The notes: generated by a model not told the origin, from the letters alone. A DNA stretch of 62,923 bases, filler included, from Octopus bimaculoides (GCF_001194135.2; 4 parts of 4 records of this genome joined end to end with filler, not necessarily neighbours in it), one strand, 5' to 3'; positions 25,298 through 38,625 are shown, numbered from the whole stretch's first letter. Program-made: numbers and translations.

Positions 25298-25662
25298 TTA
25301 TTACTTCCACCTTTGCTAAGGTGAGGTATTGTTTTCAGTTGTGTTTGTTTGTTTGTCCGTGGACAAGATATCTCAAGAACTGCTGGATGGATTCAAATGA
25401 AACTTTCAGAGATATTTGGCCTCGTGACTCACAAATTGATTAGAGTTTGGGATCAATCCAGTACCGGACAAGGATTCTGGATTATTTTTCCTGCTTTCTT
25501 TTTACTTGATTTTTGAGAGCTGTCATGTTAATTTTAATATTCTCATTTGTGAGAGCAGTCGAGATTATTTCAGATATTCTCATTTTAAAAATCATCTCTG
25601 GCCAATCGTTGAGAGGATGTTGGTGTTGCCTTGGCGGAAGCTTGTGCTCTCTGAGTGTTCTT
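25298..25662 (+). mobile_element. Helentron/DINE-like non-autonomous element, family D, full length
   Basis: 5' TTACTTCCACC subterminal motif, (GTTT)n, 3' GCCTTGGCGGAAG then GTGCTCTCTGAGTG stem-loop-like end and T-rich flank. Confidence 0.65.
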
Positions 25663-25744
25663 TTTTAATGTAAATTTTTATGCATAGCTCAGTGTTAATC
25701 ACAAGAACTGAAATAATGGCTGGTTTAATGTTTCCCTTTCAGTT

Positions 25745-26630
25745 ACCACCAGAATTTGCTGAAAAAGTTTCCTGTCCAAGATGCACTTTGCTCTGGCTGT
25801 CCAACTGAGATTAACAGCAACAAAATGAAGGAGTTAATTGACAGCAACCCTTGTTATATGACTATGATGATCACATATATCTTCCAAATAACTAAATTGA
25901 GTGTTGAAAACCATCAGGAGGGTAAATGTTTGGGTCTTCACATCAAATGAATGAAGCCAAATCAATGAATTTATATCTGTGATTCATTGCAGAAACATGA
26001 AGAAAACGATCCTTTTTTTGAAAAGAATGGCGACAAGGGACAAAAAATGGGTATTCTATGATAAAAAAATGAAGAGCAAACGATCATTGGTGAGTGTGGT
26101 GCACCACCAAAAATAACCTCCAAAGGAGTACTTCGCCTAAAAATGTTATGCATTCAATTTGGTACAATTGTTTTTTTTTATGAGCATCTTCCCCTGGATG
26201 GGACCATCAATTTGGATGTGTACTGTGATCAGCCGGATGAATTAAATGCAGTGATCTCCTAAAAGCGTTCAGCACTTGCTAATCATAAGGACATTGTTTT
26301 TCATATTGGCGATGCCAGACCGCACACTTATTTGCAGACATGGCAGAAGTTACTGGGAATTAGCTGAGAAAATTTTGCACATCCTCTGTATTTGGCCAAC
26401 CATGCACCTTCAGAGTTGCATCCGTTTTGGTCTCTTCAAAATCCAGTGAAGGGACAAACTTTCAACAATAAAGGGGATGTAATATTTCATCTGGAAGAGC
26501 TTTTGCCAATAAAGACAAGAAAATCTTTGACTAGGGAGCAATGGATCAGCGTTCGAGATAGCAGAAGTTATTGGAATGAAACAGTATTGATATCTTTGGC
26601 TTAATAAATCACTTTGGGTTTAAAACTTGT
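25745..26630 (+). pseudogene. Mariner transposase relic (different lineage from the 18351 copy)
   Basis: QDALCSGCPTEINSNKMKELIDSNPCY (HTH region), CDSLQKHEENDPF, RMATRDKKWVFYD, DARPHT, APSELHPFWSLQN; frameshifted. Confidence 0.85.
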
Positions 26631-26714
26631 CTCTTATTTTCACTTAAAAATACAGAATGGGCATTTTGTCTATCACTATATCTATGTGTGTGTGTGTGTA
26701 TATATACAAGTGCC

Positions 26715-26764
<50 letters not shown>

Positions 26765-26808
26765 NNNNNNNNNNNNNNNNNNNNNNNNNNNNNNNNNNNN
26801 NNNNNNNN

Positions 26809-26820
26809 TTAATTAATTAA
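26809..26820. other. Artificial assembly linker TTAATTAATTAA within an N run
   Basis: Identical 12-mer flanked by N runs at three places; contains stops in all six frames. Confidence 0.85.
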
Positions 26821-26864
26821 NNNNNNNNNNNNNNNNNNNNNNNNNNNNNNNNNNNNNNNNNNNN

Positions 26865-26915
<51 letters not shown>

Positions 26916-28011
26916 ATGTGCGTGTGTGTGTTTGTGTGTGTGTATGTGTGTGTGTGTGTGTGTGTGTGCGTTTATGAATGTATGTATGTCTATATAAAGC
27001 ACGATTTATAACTCGTTTGTAAACCGAGTTATTACTGTATTAAATTAATATGAGAAAGACAAGAGAGAAAGCACCATTTATTCGTGATCAGAGTTGTTCG
27101 AAAACCCAGGTTCTACTGTATGTACATATATACACACGCATACATATATATATGAATATATAAATACACACACACCTATGTATATATGACGTTAACATAG
27201 GTACATTCGGAGTGGACAGACGTGTGGCAACACAATAACAATTACAATACTATAATGTAAATATAATTCATCAGAAAAGGGAACAAATAACATGACATAT
27301 CGACTGAGGCAGAACCGTAGTACAACGTCGATGGAATGAAAATTGTGGATGCCATATTTTGCTACTGTTAATGATATCAAGCTGTGGATTATTGACGCAG
27401 AAAATTGAATGAGGTTTATAAAGAATTATCTTTGGAAACATTAGATGTCAAGTGCATATGCAAACACGATTGCACAGAACTTGTGGGTTTGAAGGGCGTA
27501 AATATTAGGTGTATACAGCAATGACAAATGTTACGGAAATTTATATTTTCGACGAAAATGACGGGCTATGAATATTGTGACAAACTGCTTGCATTACAAG
27601 TCACTCAAAATGGTAAATTTGCATTTACTTGAATGCAGCGCTAGAAATACAGTCGAATACAATTAAATTGATTAGATTAATGTGGGAAAAAATGCAGATT
27701 ATACATTTTAAAATATCTGATAACCACCGAGGCGAATCCTTGGTAATGGAATTTAGAGAAAATAAATTTGAGAAAACGAAGAATATGGACTGTTATGTTA
27801 CAGAACCAATAGATGGGATCAATGCTTAAAGGGAAATAGTTTAGAAATGAATATCATATAAAACATAACTACGGAGATAATTGATTTGAAGCCAATGTGG
27901 AAATGGTTATTTTTCTTTATATCACTACAATATTGTTTTGGTAACAACATTCACGAACATTTATCTACTAACACTTTTTTATACGGAAAGCTCTTTTCTA
28001 TATCAAAGCCT

Positions 28012-28635
28012 GGTGAATCCGTATGGCATATTACCAGGCAATGTACGCCACTAGCCCAGCAAGAATACAAGAAACGTTATGACAATATAGCAAGGATTGT
28101 CCATTGGGCAGTTTGCAATTAGTATGGACTTCACAGAGCAAAATGTGTGGCACGAACATAAACCTGAAGGCATCATCGAAAATGATAATGCAAAGATCCT
28201 ATGGGATTTTATGATTCAGTGCAACCATCAGATAGGGAACAGGAAACTAGATATAATTTTAAAGGAGAAAGAAAGCAAAAGATGCTGGATCATTAATATA
28301 GCCTGCCAAGCTGATAACAAAGTAGGCGATATGGAAGAAAGAAAGTTAATAGATATACAGGTTAGCCTGGGAGGTTAAGTAGTTGTTGTCGCAGAAAAAG
28401 GTGGTAGTCGTACCAATAATTGTTGGAACCCTGGGAAGATAAGTAAAATTCTTGAGAAGTACATGGAACAAATAGGGGCTGCAATAATGGTGTGGTGTGC
28501 TCGGAACCTCTTGAAAACTCCGGATGGTGCCCGAAAAAAAGGGGTGTTACTTTAGTTTACTGATAGTGAACAGCTGACACCGTAGTACATCTCCAGCGTT
28601 AGAAACTGGGCAAACACAATAATAATAATAATATA
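28012..28635 (+). mobile_element. 5'-truncated RLE-type non-LTR retrotransposon (zinc-knuckle remnant plus endonuclease), same family as 17245
   Basis: GESVWHITRQCTPLAQQEYKKRYDNIARIVHW; HKPEGIIENDNAKILWDFMIQC..RKLDIIL..KRCWIINIAC; KKVVVVPIIVGTLG; shared 3' UTR GTGAACAGCTGACACCGTAGTACATCTCCAGCGTTAGAA; AAT tail. Confidence 0.9.
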
Positions 28636-28743
28636 TTTATGAGTATTCATTTTCAATTTTTATCCATTTATATATCTATATATGTGTGTATGCATGTATA
28701 TATGTATGTATGTATATATTTATCCCCCTACTATCACAGATGT

Positions 28744-28799
<56 letters not shown>

Positions 28800-30079
28800 T
28801 ATACGTATATATGTATATAACTATACAGATGGAGAAGAGGGTGATGATGGAATTGAGTGGAATTTCGTTCTAAGATGCGTTTATTTTGAAAATAATTGCT
28901 GTTACACTGATGTGATGTTCTCCTCTACACATTTTTCTGTCTGCTCCGAGTAAACGACCCAACCTAAAACAGGAAATAACGACTATAATTATTGTCTATT
29001 TTCTTAGTTTCTCTGTCATTTTTTCTGGATTTCGTTTTAAATTAACTTCTCTCAGAGTAGGTATTTCGAAACATTTGAAAAGATTTGTGCATTATTTCAA
29101 ATTATTTTTATATCAGAGTAAATGTACATTAAAAAAAAAATACAATTCTAGCAGACTATTAGTTTTTACGTATTTTAAAATCATGTTCTGTTTTTTTTTT
29201 ATATTTCATACGTTCAAAGAGTTTATTAACTTAAAGATGATTCATTCAACAATGCTAGAAATTAGTAAATGTTGGAGACAATATTGTATTTCTGCTTGCT
29301 AACACTTCAAAGGATGTTTAAAATGTAATTTCGAATATAAACTATATTTATGTATTAAATGTCACTGTATATTCTGTCCATCTATGTTAGCACATCTGAT
29401 ATTCTCTGACAAATTGATGTTCTTTGAGAATCAGAGTATATATGTTGATATATATATATTATTGTCAATGTATTTATGTACTGACAGTTTACATTTCTAT
29501 TTACTGTCCCGTTAATATAAATCGAAGTCTTCCTAAGTCCTGATAAGCTGATTACGATAAGAATATATTGTAACGCTCATTAAAATATTGTTTCAAGCTC
29601 ACCTTCCTTCATATTTATCCTGATATGACTTTGTTAATCTACAACACATCATATGTTGCACATTTCTCCACAGGAAGAATTTGGAATTAGCAAATATATT
29701 CTCCGAATTCACACATAATGAGTTTATCAGTTTTAAAAGCATGATACCAGGCATTTCAGTGGTTATCATTTAAATTTAGGGTTTCTTGTCACATAATCAC
29801 AAAAGTTTTGTCTTAATTAATCTCCTAACTACTTGTTCGGGTCCCCTCATTATAGCTGATAAAGTCAAAAAGCATTCTGTCATTCTATGATATTCGACTA
29901 AATTCGTTGACCTTTAATGTATACATTAAGCCGATAAAAAATATATTTCACTCAATAAATATTCAAAGATGTTTTATATTAAACTGTAAGCTTCAACATG
30001 TTCATTATATGATGGATAATATCTGATTTTCAATTCTGAACAGTGATGACTGTAGTAAATAGATAGAATATAGCCAACA

Positions 30080-30450
30080 CTTCCGACAGGCCTGTTGCTG
30101 CAGTATTTGTCGTGGGATAACGTCTATCCTGACACGGTTGTGTTAAAATCTCAATAAATATTAGAGGAAAACGAAAATCCGTCCCAACAGCAGGCTGTCA
30201 TCAAAAGCATAAGATATATCCCCCGCTTCGATTCCATTAAATGGTGTAGACTTGCAACCAAAACACATAATCGGATGATTATTCATTATATTCCATACGT
30301 GCAAATTAAAATCCCCACCTCTGGTGTTTTCGTTGGCCGCTGGTGGGATGAATGTTCGTATCTGCTGATTATTTTCTTCTTATAGCAGCAAGTCCACAAA
30401 ATATGTTATCTCAGGACAACACTGCAGCAACTGGTCTAAGTATTTTTACA
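30080..30450. repeat. Degenerate fold-back (about 115-bp imperfect inverted arms)
   Basis: CCTGTTGCTGCAGTATTTGTCGTGGGATAAC...CCGTCCCAACAGCAG versus the reverse complement of 30335-30450; about 70% identity by eye. Confidence 0.5.
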
Positions 30451-30696
30451 TTCAAGATACATATCGTCTCAAATGCGTTTACCTATTTACGAATGGAAGC
30501 TTTATCAGCGACATTTTCTACAACGATGATTTCCTAGTAGCTTCTCTCCTATTCTCATCTCATTACGAAACCTCTTTAAATGGGAAAATATGTCGATTGG
30601 CGCAGTAGCGAGATTATTATAGCTACTTATTCGGATACTGAGATTACTTTCTCGTAACGTAGCGGTTCGTTAAAAGACACACACACACACACACAC

Positions 30697-30744
<48 letters not shown>

Positions 30745-32407
30745 GTATGTATGGTGCGTGTATGTATATATGCATGCATGTATGTATGTACGTAAGGTTA
30801 AGAGATTTTCCACGAATAAATTTATATGAAAAATCACTATAAGATAGATTCACCAGATGTTTTTAGCTGACGATGTTGAACATAAGACAGGTGATATACT
30901 TTAGACCATGTTGTCTAAGCACCTCAAATTTCTGGCCGAGTAGAGCTGAATGTAAGTAGCCTCCGTCTGATTACGAATTTCGAACCGGAATTCCGATGCC
31001 ATTTCAGTTCATCTCTCCCTTCTTTGGAAAGATGTACCAATTATGCAAAAAAAATTCCACTATTCATCGAATAACGTGTAGTTAGAGACCTTTTATCAAT
31101 CCCGAATTTATGTTTCAGAAATTGACCTTAGAAGACGTGACTGATTCTCTCCAGACTGTTTAGCACAAAGGATTCGAAGCAGTAGATGTAGTCTCACGCA
31201 TAGGGATCTGCCGATCATTAAAATTACCGTTACTCGACTTGCTACTATGCCAGTAGACAGTAGCACTGCTGTACAGAGATCAAAATGTGTTACTCGTAAT
31301 GTCCAACTACTATGATAGAAAAAAGCAATATGCGTGGCTAGAGATTAACTAGACCTACAAGGAGTCGGTGCTTCATATCGGGTGTCATTACGTGTGAGGA
31401 AGCTGCCGAAGTGAGAGATTACCCTACGATCACCTTGACAAGGGCCATCGCTAATACTCAAACGTGATTAATGTTGCTGGAAACGGTACATGCAAAACGT
31501 GGTTGTTAATAGCTTTGGTGATGCGCAGTTTACACCATCATTATCTATTAGGAGAAATAGACTTGCTTGCACGGGTGCTCCAGCCATTTCTTACATTTCC
31601 TGTCTTAGAAATAATGAGTAGATGGAATTTATTTGGTCGAAACCAACATTCAAAATGTCCATTCTTCTCTTGATTTGAGATATGGACACGTGTACAAGGC
31701 GGTGGGAGAGTGCAGGTATATCATGCATAAAACAGCTGATAAACCACTACTCCACCGATTCTAGGCAGATTATCTCATTGAAACGAAATTCTTTATCTTC
31801 AAATGATAATTTCATGACATACGTGTTAGCCTCGTAATACATTTCTCTACCCAGCAATCTATAATGTAATCAGGGGCCTTTAACGAAACTTGAGATGCTA
31901 GCTGTCCTTGTACAGCAAATAATCTTGTAGGGGTTTTAATCGCTGGCTACTCAAATAGATGTAATGTATTATTCATTATTAATTATCTTCACTCACAATC
32001 TGATATTCCCAAACACTACCCTGCACAGACATAGAGATGCACATACACATACAGACACACGTAGATAGGCATATGGACACGTTCATATATTACGTCCATA
32101 ATGGCTTTTTGGGAAGTTATGTGAAAATAACAAGTTTATAAAGAGAGGATTGTATAAAAACATATACACTTTATATATATATACACTTTATATATATATA
32201 TATNNNNNNNNNNNNNNNNNNNNNNNNNNNNNNNNNNNNNNNNNNNNNNNNNNNNNNNNNNNNNNNNNNNNNNNNNNNNNNNNNNNNNNNNNNNTATAAA
32301 TACTTGCGTGTGAAATAGAACACTCGTTTAGGCAAAGAAGATATGTAGATGATTAATATTTGTTTCTATTCTATTCTGTATTCGTTTAATTGCAAATAAT
32401 AATAATG

Positions 32408-32536
<129 letters not shown>

Positions 32537-33432
32537 GTAGTACCTTGGTTACATTAAATCGAATTGTCAAACCTCTGATTCATGTTTCTTCTCAAGAATA
32601 TGTTTTGATAACGGCACTATAATATATAAAACATTGATATCTTCTAGATAAATACAATATATTATTAATAAAATATTTCGTTTGTGACTCTAATAGATTA
32701 CTTTGCTTCTCTAACGTAATCATTTGTTTTGTTTTGTAGATGATATCTTGAAGATAAATGAAACAATATAAATATGGTCTTATTTTCTTTACAGAGAACA
32801 TTTATACTTCTTCGTAACCTTACTTTTGTTTATGTTTATAGCCGGTGATATTTTATAGGTATCTCTATCTTTAAGTGATATTAGATTGCCCTCCTAAATC
32901 ATTATCTTAGTGTTTCAGATATGAAAATCATTTGCAAGATTATTTTATATGATTTCCTTGTACACACGTATATTATTTCTGAATAGAGAAAATAGAAAAG
33001 TAGTGATATTGAGTCACCTCGCTTTGATGCAAATAGAAACTACTTGCCGCGAGGACATCGGTAAATATATGTAGCATTAACACGTGCTACTTCCATAAGT
33101 CAATGCTGTTTATTTTTTACACACAGAGAGTTTGTTGAAGTTATAAACAACCAGAGTAACATCCCAGTTAAAATAGAAGTACTTTAGACTCCACTACAAA
33201 AGTTACTATCAACAAATATTTTATTAACTCTATGATGACTAATATTTAGGAATTAATAGGAAATCTTCATATACTTGCGTCTTTCATGATCAAAGAAAAT
33301 TGTTGGTGAACCTGGCCATTAAAATATATTGGTGCTTTAAGTAGGAAGCAAACCTCACTTTTCCTTGACAGAAATGTTTGTAGAAGAGACAAAGGCTAAC
33401 ATAAAATTCGATACTAGTATTTATTTGAAGAA

Positions 33433-33560
33433 GCGTGGCCTAGTGGTTATACTGATGCTTTAACGATTGTATGATCGGGGTTCCTATTTCCGGTAGCTGC
33501 GTTGTGTTCTTCACCAAAACACTTTATTTCAAATTCCAGAAGTCCCGTCAGCAGTGAATG
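33433..33560 (+). mobile_element. SINE family E, degenerate
   Basis: GCGTGGCCTAGTGGTT A-box head followed by TTGTGTTCTT..AAAACACTTTATTTCA. Confidence 0.55.
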
Positions 33561-34057
33561 ATCTGCAGCAATAGCTGAGAAATTCACCCTTAGACACACC
33601 AGCAATCCGTTCATGTGGCCGTGTTGTGGTCTCGCACTTTTATCGGTAGCTCTTGCTTTATAAGTGCAAGGGAAAACAAAAGCTATTTATATTCGTGTAT
33701 CGCTTTCGTTACTATCATTGGCTGCATTTTGCAATTAAGTATAGCCAATAACCTGTTTCTTCCGTTATATGGGACCTATTAACTGTGGCAAAACTCATTT
33801 ACAATTCATAATCATCAATGCTGTAAAATTCATGTTTGTTTTCTATACACAGGGAGCACTCTCCTTCTATTTAATAAATACGAAGTTCTTGCATTGTGCA
33901 TTAGCTTTGAACAGCATATGCCACTGATCGGATGACAACGAAACATTCAAAATCACAATGACTCTAAAAAGAGAATCAAGTGAAGACGATGTTGATGTCT
34001 TTCATCGATGCGAAATGAATTATTCACAGTTCACAGAGAAATCGAGATGACAAATGG

Positions 34058-34509
34058 ATAAATGATTGTAATGTTAGTATCAGCCCGAATATGGCATGTG
34101 CGCGTTCGAACTGGGGAACGAGCTACACACTGACTTTCGTCATATAGAAAATATCTCGCTTTCTGACAAATGGCGTGTATACACCCAGATAAGCTTGCAG
34201 CTCCCTCTACCTAGACTGTGAGATGCTAGCGTTTCTTGAGTAGTTATCTCTTCTTCGGTCACATACACTTGGCAGAGGTCACTACGAGCTGAATAAAAAG
34301 ATTACCTCTCCGATGCTTTTCCAGTCACCGTACGATGCGTACATCTCACAGTCTAGGTAGATGGGGCTGTGAGCTGATCTAGGTGTATACATAGCATGTG
34401 TCAACAAGCGAAATATATTCTCCGTTGGAAAAACCAGTGAGTATTTTGTTCCCCACTTCGAACGTTCTTCAAGCGTATTCGGACTGATAATAACATTACA
34501 ATCATTTAT
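34058..34509. mobile_element. Fold-back/MITE-like element with 168-bp inverted arms and 116-bp spacer
   Basis: 34058-34225 aligns to the reverse complement of 34342-34509 (e.g. ATAAATGATTGTAATGTTA and TCTACCTAGACTGTGAGATG identical), roughly 75-80% identity. Confidence 0.8.
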
Positions 34510-36299
34510 TAATTTCTCATTTCAATGTTTCATGTATATATAAAATATTTGGAGTGAAAAAAAAATATATTGTAATTTCACTTATCACTACGTAGCTCCC
34601 CCTTCGGAATATAGGTTTATCTTATTAACAGTATAAGTTCATAAGATAATCATGAAGTTCGTAAGTTAATAGCTTATGCCTTTGTTATCTCTTCCTTTTT
34701 CTAACCGCTCGACTAACATTTCGTTCAAAAACATACGTATATTGAGTCGGAATGGTTTATATCAGATCTGATCTGAAACGTTGCAACCATCATGAGGTTT
34801 ACCAAATTTTCAGTGTTGAATTCTGGTGTTGATTTTCTGGTGTGTTTCTTTTTGAAATCATGGTAGAATACTTTGAACGGTAGAATACGTCTTGAGCGGG
34901 TGGCTATTTCTGTTTGACTAACTATATATTACTTATAACCTACGTCTTGATGCTACCGGATTTTTACCCGATTAGAAATACAGCAATGCAAATGGAATAT
35001 ATTGGAAAGAAAAATATATCAGATAAATAAATAAAAAATAGGAGTTTAGTTTAAAGGATACAATCGAAGGATATAGCGATAAAATGAACTTTGTGTTTGT
35101 TAGAAATATAAACATAACATGAGTGATATCAATAACATTTCGTAGTCCCATTTATACATTTTGAATATTATCAGTACACGACTGAGCAGAATATTTTAGT
35201 GATAAAATAAAGTTGATATATGATCATGTACTGTTTCTTTCAACGAACTTGGCGTTGATAATTAAATATTTCCGCCATTTTTGTATACAAATCGTTTCCA
35301 CACTATATCTTCCATCGCCAAGTATTTGCGATTATTCTTGTCAAAAATATATTTTCATAAAAATAATATAAACAGGGAAAGAGACAAATTGGCGTCAGTT
35401 TTATGAAGTCGATAAATGCTTGAGAAGATTTAGTTTCACCTCACACTTTCCTGTCGTAAAATTATCCGGAGTTGATTTTCGATTTCGTTTTTTCTCACTG
35501 AAAAATTTCTGGGTTGTGTTCAACAGACTACAACACATTCATTCAACAGTTAAGTCTAACGTGTAAATCTTGCAAGTGTATAAACTAATGTTATAATCTA
35601 TAATTTGTAGCAGCAAATATTCTAGTTATACCATGTACTATCCATTTGCTTATATTTTGAGGCATAATTTTATTAAATATATCTATGATTCCTTAATTAT
35701 GTTTAAAAAAAAAATTATATTTTCATTTTTGATACAGATAAAGCAGTTTAAAGCGAAACACTTGAAGACGCAGATTACATGAGAAACGATAAATAACCTC
35801 AGGAAGATAACTCTGTACTTGAAACGAAAACACTTTAAGGATAGTAGTTTGTTGAACATGTGTACAACGAAAAGCGATGCACCGAGGATGCTCAAAGGAC
35901 ATAACTAAGTACAAACAATGCTGGTGTAAAATACGAAAATGTTATCGGTGTGGTCATTGATAGAAATTTATTATATACATATATAAGTATGACTAAAATT
36001 TAGCAAAAATATGTAATGGCTTATGTACCGATATCAAAATTATATAAACGTGACAACTTATTCATATGTCTATAATACTGGAATTATTGCATAATATGCA
36101 GGGCTACGGCAACAGCTATTATTTATATGAAACAGATGTAAAACGTACATTGATTGTATGATTCTTATATTTGTATTTAAAAATTTCCATGAAAATACAC
36201 TAGCGTTTTATGAAAGTATGTTACCTGTTTCATTCGTTTTATAAACCGATTTAATATCTTGTTAGAAAGTGGAACTAAATGAAATGATTATTCATGATC

Positions 36300-36510
36300 T
36301 ACGACCTGGAAATTCACCTTCTAGGCGGCTTCGGAAGAATTTCTGTTGACACTTTCGCCACCATTTTCTCTTACTCTTTCCTCCTGGATCTAGCAGCTCA
36401 CTTGCGATAGACCGGTGCCCCGTCCAGTTGGGGAACCTATGCACAATTGAAACCGGGAAACCGATCACTATGAGTCAGGCATGACTCGAGAAGGAACAAA
36501 TAACAACAAA
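36300..36510 (+). mobile_element. Probable LINE/SINE 3' end with CAA-type tail
   Basis: GC-richer island ending CATGACTCGAGAAGGAACAAATAACAACAA; no second copy in the window. Confidence 0.35.
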
Positions 36511-37124
36511 TATTTAACTTCCTAAATAATACTTTGGGTATATTGCTATTTTCCTATCTAGTAAAATAAATATCTAAAAGTCGTTAACTTATTAACCGAC
36601 GAATTTGCTAGCTGTCTCAACGTTTACTGACTGACGGTCCTACTAAAGAGATAAATAACTAACGAGCTGGATTCCGTATGAACTAAATTGGATTAAAACC
36701 TATATGAGTATACAACGAATATATAATTTGATATAATTTACTAGCTAACTGAATAATTAATAGGGTATTTCACTAACTAACTAACTAACTCACTTGCTTA
36801 CTTACTTACTATGGGACGACTTTACTAGCTAGCTACATATACTACCAAACTTACAGATAACTTAGTATTTTGCTACTTACAAGTATATCTGCTTCGATAC
36901 CTAACTAATTATCTAAATAAGTAAAAAAAACTCAATAGTTTGCTGGACCAATGAGCTAGCAAGCTATTTAGCAAACTGAAGCACTAACGAGTGAAACTGC
37001 TAGCAGTGCACAAAAGACCTGAACATTACATTAGCAATTCGAAACTGCGGCTACGTTTGATACGCCTCCTCAATGATTCACACAAATTCACTGACACACA
37101 ATTTCTATTCTTCAGCAGACTCTT

Positions 37125-37712
37125 CTTACTCCTTTATTCTTTTACTTGTTTCAGTGATTTGGCTGCAGCCATGCTGGTGCACCACCTTTAGTCGAGCAAA
37201 TCGACCCCAGGACTCATTTTTTGTAAGCCTAGTACTTATTCTATCGTCTCTTGTTCCGAACCGCTAAGTTACGGTGGTCGTAAATACATCACCATCTATT
37301 GTCAAGTGATGTTGGGGGGACAAACACAAACACACAAACATATGCACACACACACACACACGCACATACACACACNNNNNNNNNNNNNNNNNNNNNNNNN
37401 NNNNNNNNNNNNNNNNNNNNNNNNNNNNNNNNNNNNNNNNNNNNNNNNNNNNNNNNNNNNNNNNNNNNNNNNNNNNNNNNNNNNNNNNNNNNNNNNNNNN
37501 NNNNNNNNNNNNNNNNNNNNNNNNNNNNNNNNNNNNNNNNNNNNNNNNNNNNNNNNNATATATATACGACGGGCTTGTTTCAGTTTACCCCTACCAAATC
37601 CTCTCACAAGGCTTCGGTTGCCCTGAGGCTATAGTAGAAGATACTTGCCCAAGGTAACACGCAGTGGGAATGACCCCCAAACCATGTGGTTAGTAAGCAA
37701 GCTACTTACCAC
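37125..37712 (-). mobile_element. SINE family B, full length, spanning a gap
   Basis: Tail at 37125-37330 and head at 37560-37712 match family B. Confidence 0.85.
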
Positions 37713-38236
37713 AAAAGAGAACACAGAAGAATACGTCCCATCACCTTCAAAGAATTCCTGCTCAATTTACTCCAAGGTATACCAGATATAACCCAGTCAA
37801 CTGTCTGCATGGATGTGTCATGAAACGACAAAATTTCACTTTAGAATAACAGATTCTCTCAGATAGTACTATGAAGTTATGCACGGCCAGTGCCAATGTT
37901 TGGTTGAGACATATCTATGTAATCTACCTAATAGCTAATTTATCCACTAGCTATTTAACAAGCGAACAAACAAATACACAAACTAAGTTAGTCACAACAA
38001 AACTAACTAGCGCACGGAATGGAAAAGAAACTTTGCAGCTTCTGATCACGAACTATTTATACAAATAAATATATAAATTCATTCGCTGAATGATATATGC
38101 GGAAATAGAAAAGTAACTTATTAGCTGACTAGATATCTACCAAATGACTAATTAACTCAGTTCTATATTTAAGAGATGAGGAATTATGTACATTATTTAT
38201 ATTTGACGGATATTTGTCCTCAACTTGTTTCAGGTT

Positions 38237-38282
38237 AACATAACGTTTCGGCTGATTTACCCTCTAACCTTCATCAGGTGTC
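38237..38282 (-). ncRNA. Minimal type-I hammerhead ribozyme motif
   Basis: GACAC-CUGAUGA-A-GGUUA-loop-CAGCC-GAAAC-GUU-AUGUU: intact core, partly paired stem II, palindromic ACGU helix III, stem I with one mismatch in this copy. Confidence 0.65.
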
Positions 38283-38360
38283 TTGGGGAAATTTAGAACC
38301 TGGGTTGTCACTCCTAACGTATTTTTAGATGTTATTGTTATTATTATTATTATTATTATT

Positions 38361-38435
38361 CAGGTCACTACCCGGAATCGAACTCGGAATCTTGGGGTTA
38401 GTAGCCAGCGCTCTTAACCACTACGTCATATGCCC
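38361..38435 (-). pseudogene. tRNA-derived Pol III head (not a functional tRNA)
   Basis: A box TGACGTAGTGG, B box GTTCGATTCC; acceptor stem poorly paired. Confidence 0.75.
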
Positions 38436-38449
38436 ATGCCCAGTGACCC

Positions 38450-38551
<102 letters not shown>

Positions 38552-38625
38552 TAATAATAATAATAACAACAACAACATCGAAATATACCATAGGAATGAG
38601 AAGACAGGGTCCAAATTTCCCCCAA

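Noticed and set aside
31609-31716. Good acceptor/donor pair
   Set aside because: Stops in all three frames from the strong acceptor.
32790-33420. Several acceptor-like sites with short open frames
   Set aside because: Phases do not fit the chain and donors are weak; expected by chance in AT-rich DNA.
38361-38435. Possible genuine tRNA gene
   Set aside because: Acceptor stem does not pair well and it is embedded in a repeat; treated as a SINE head.
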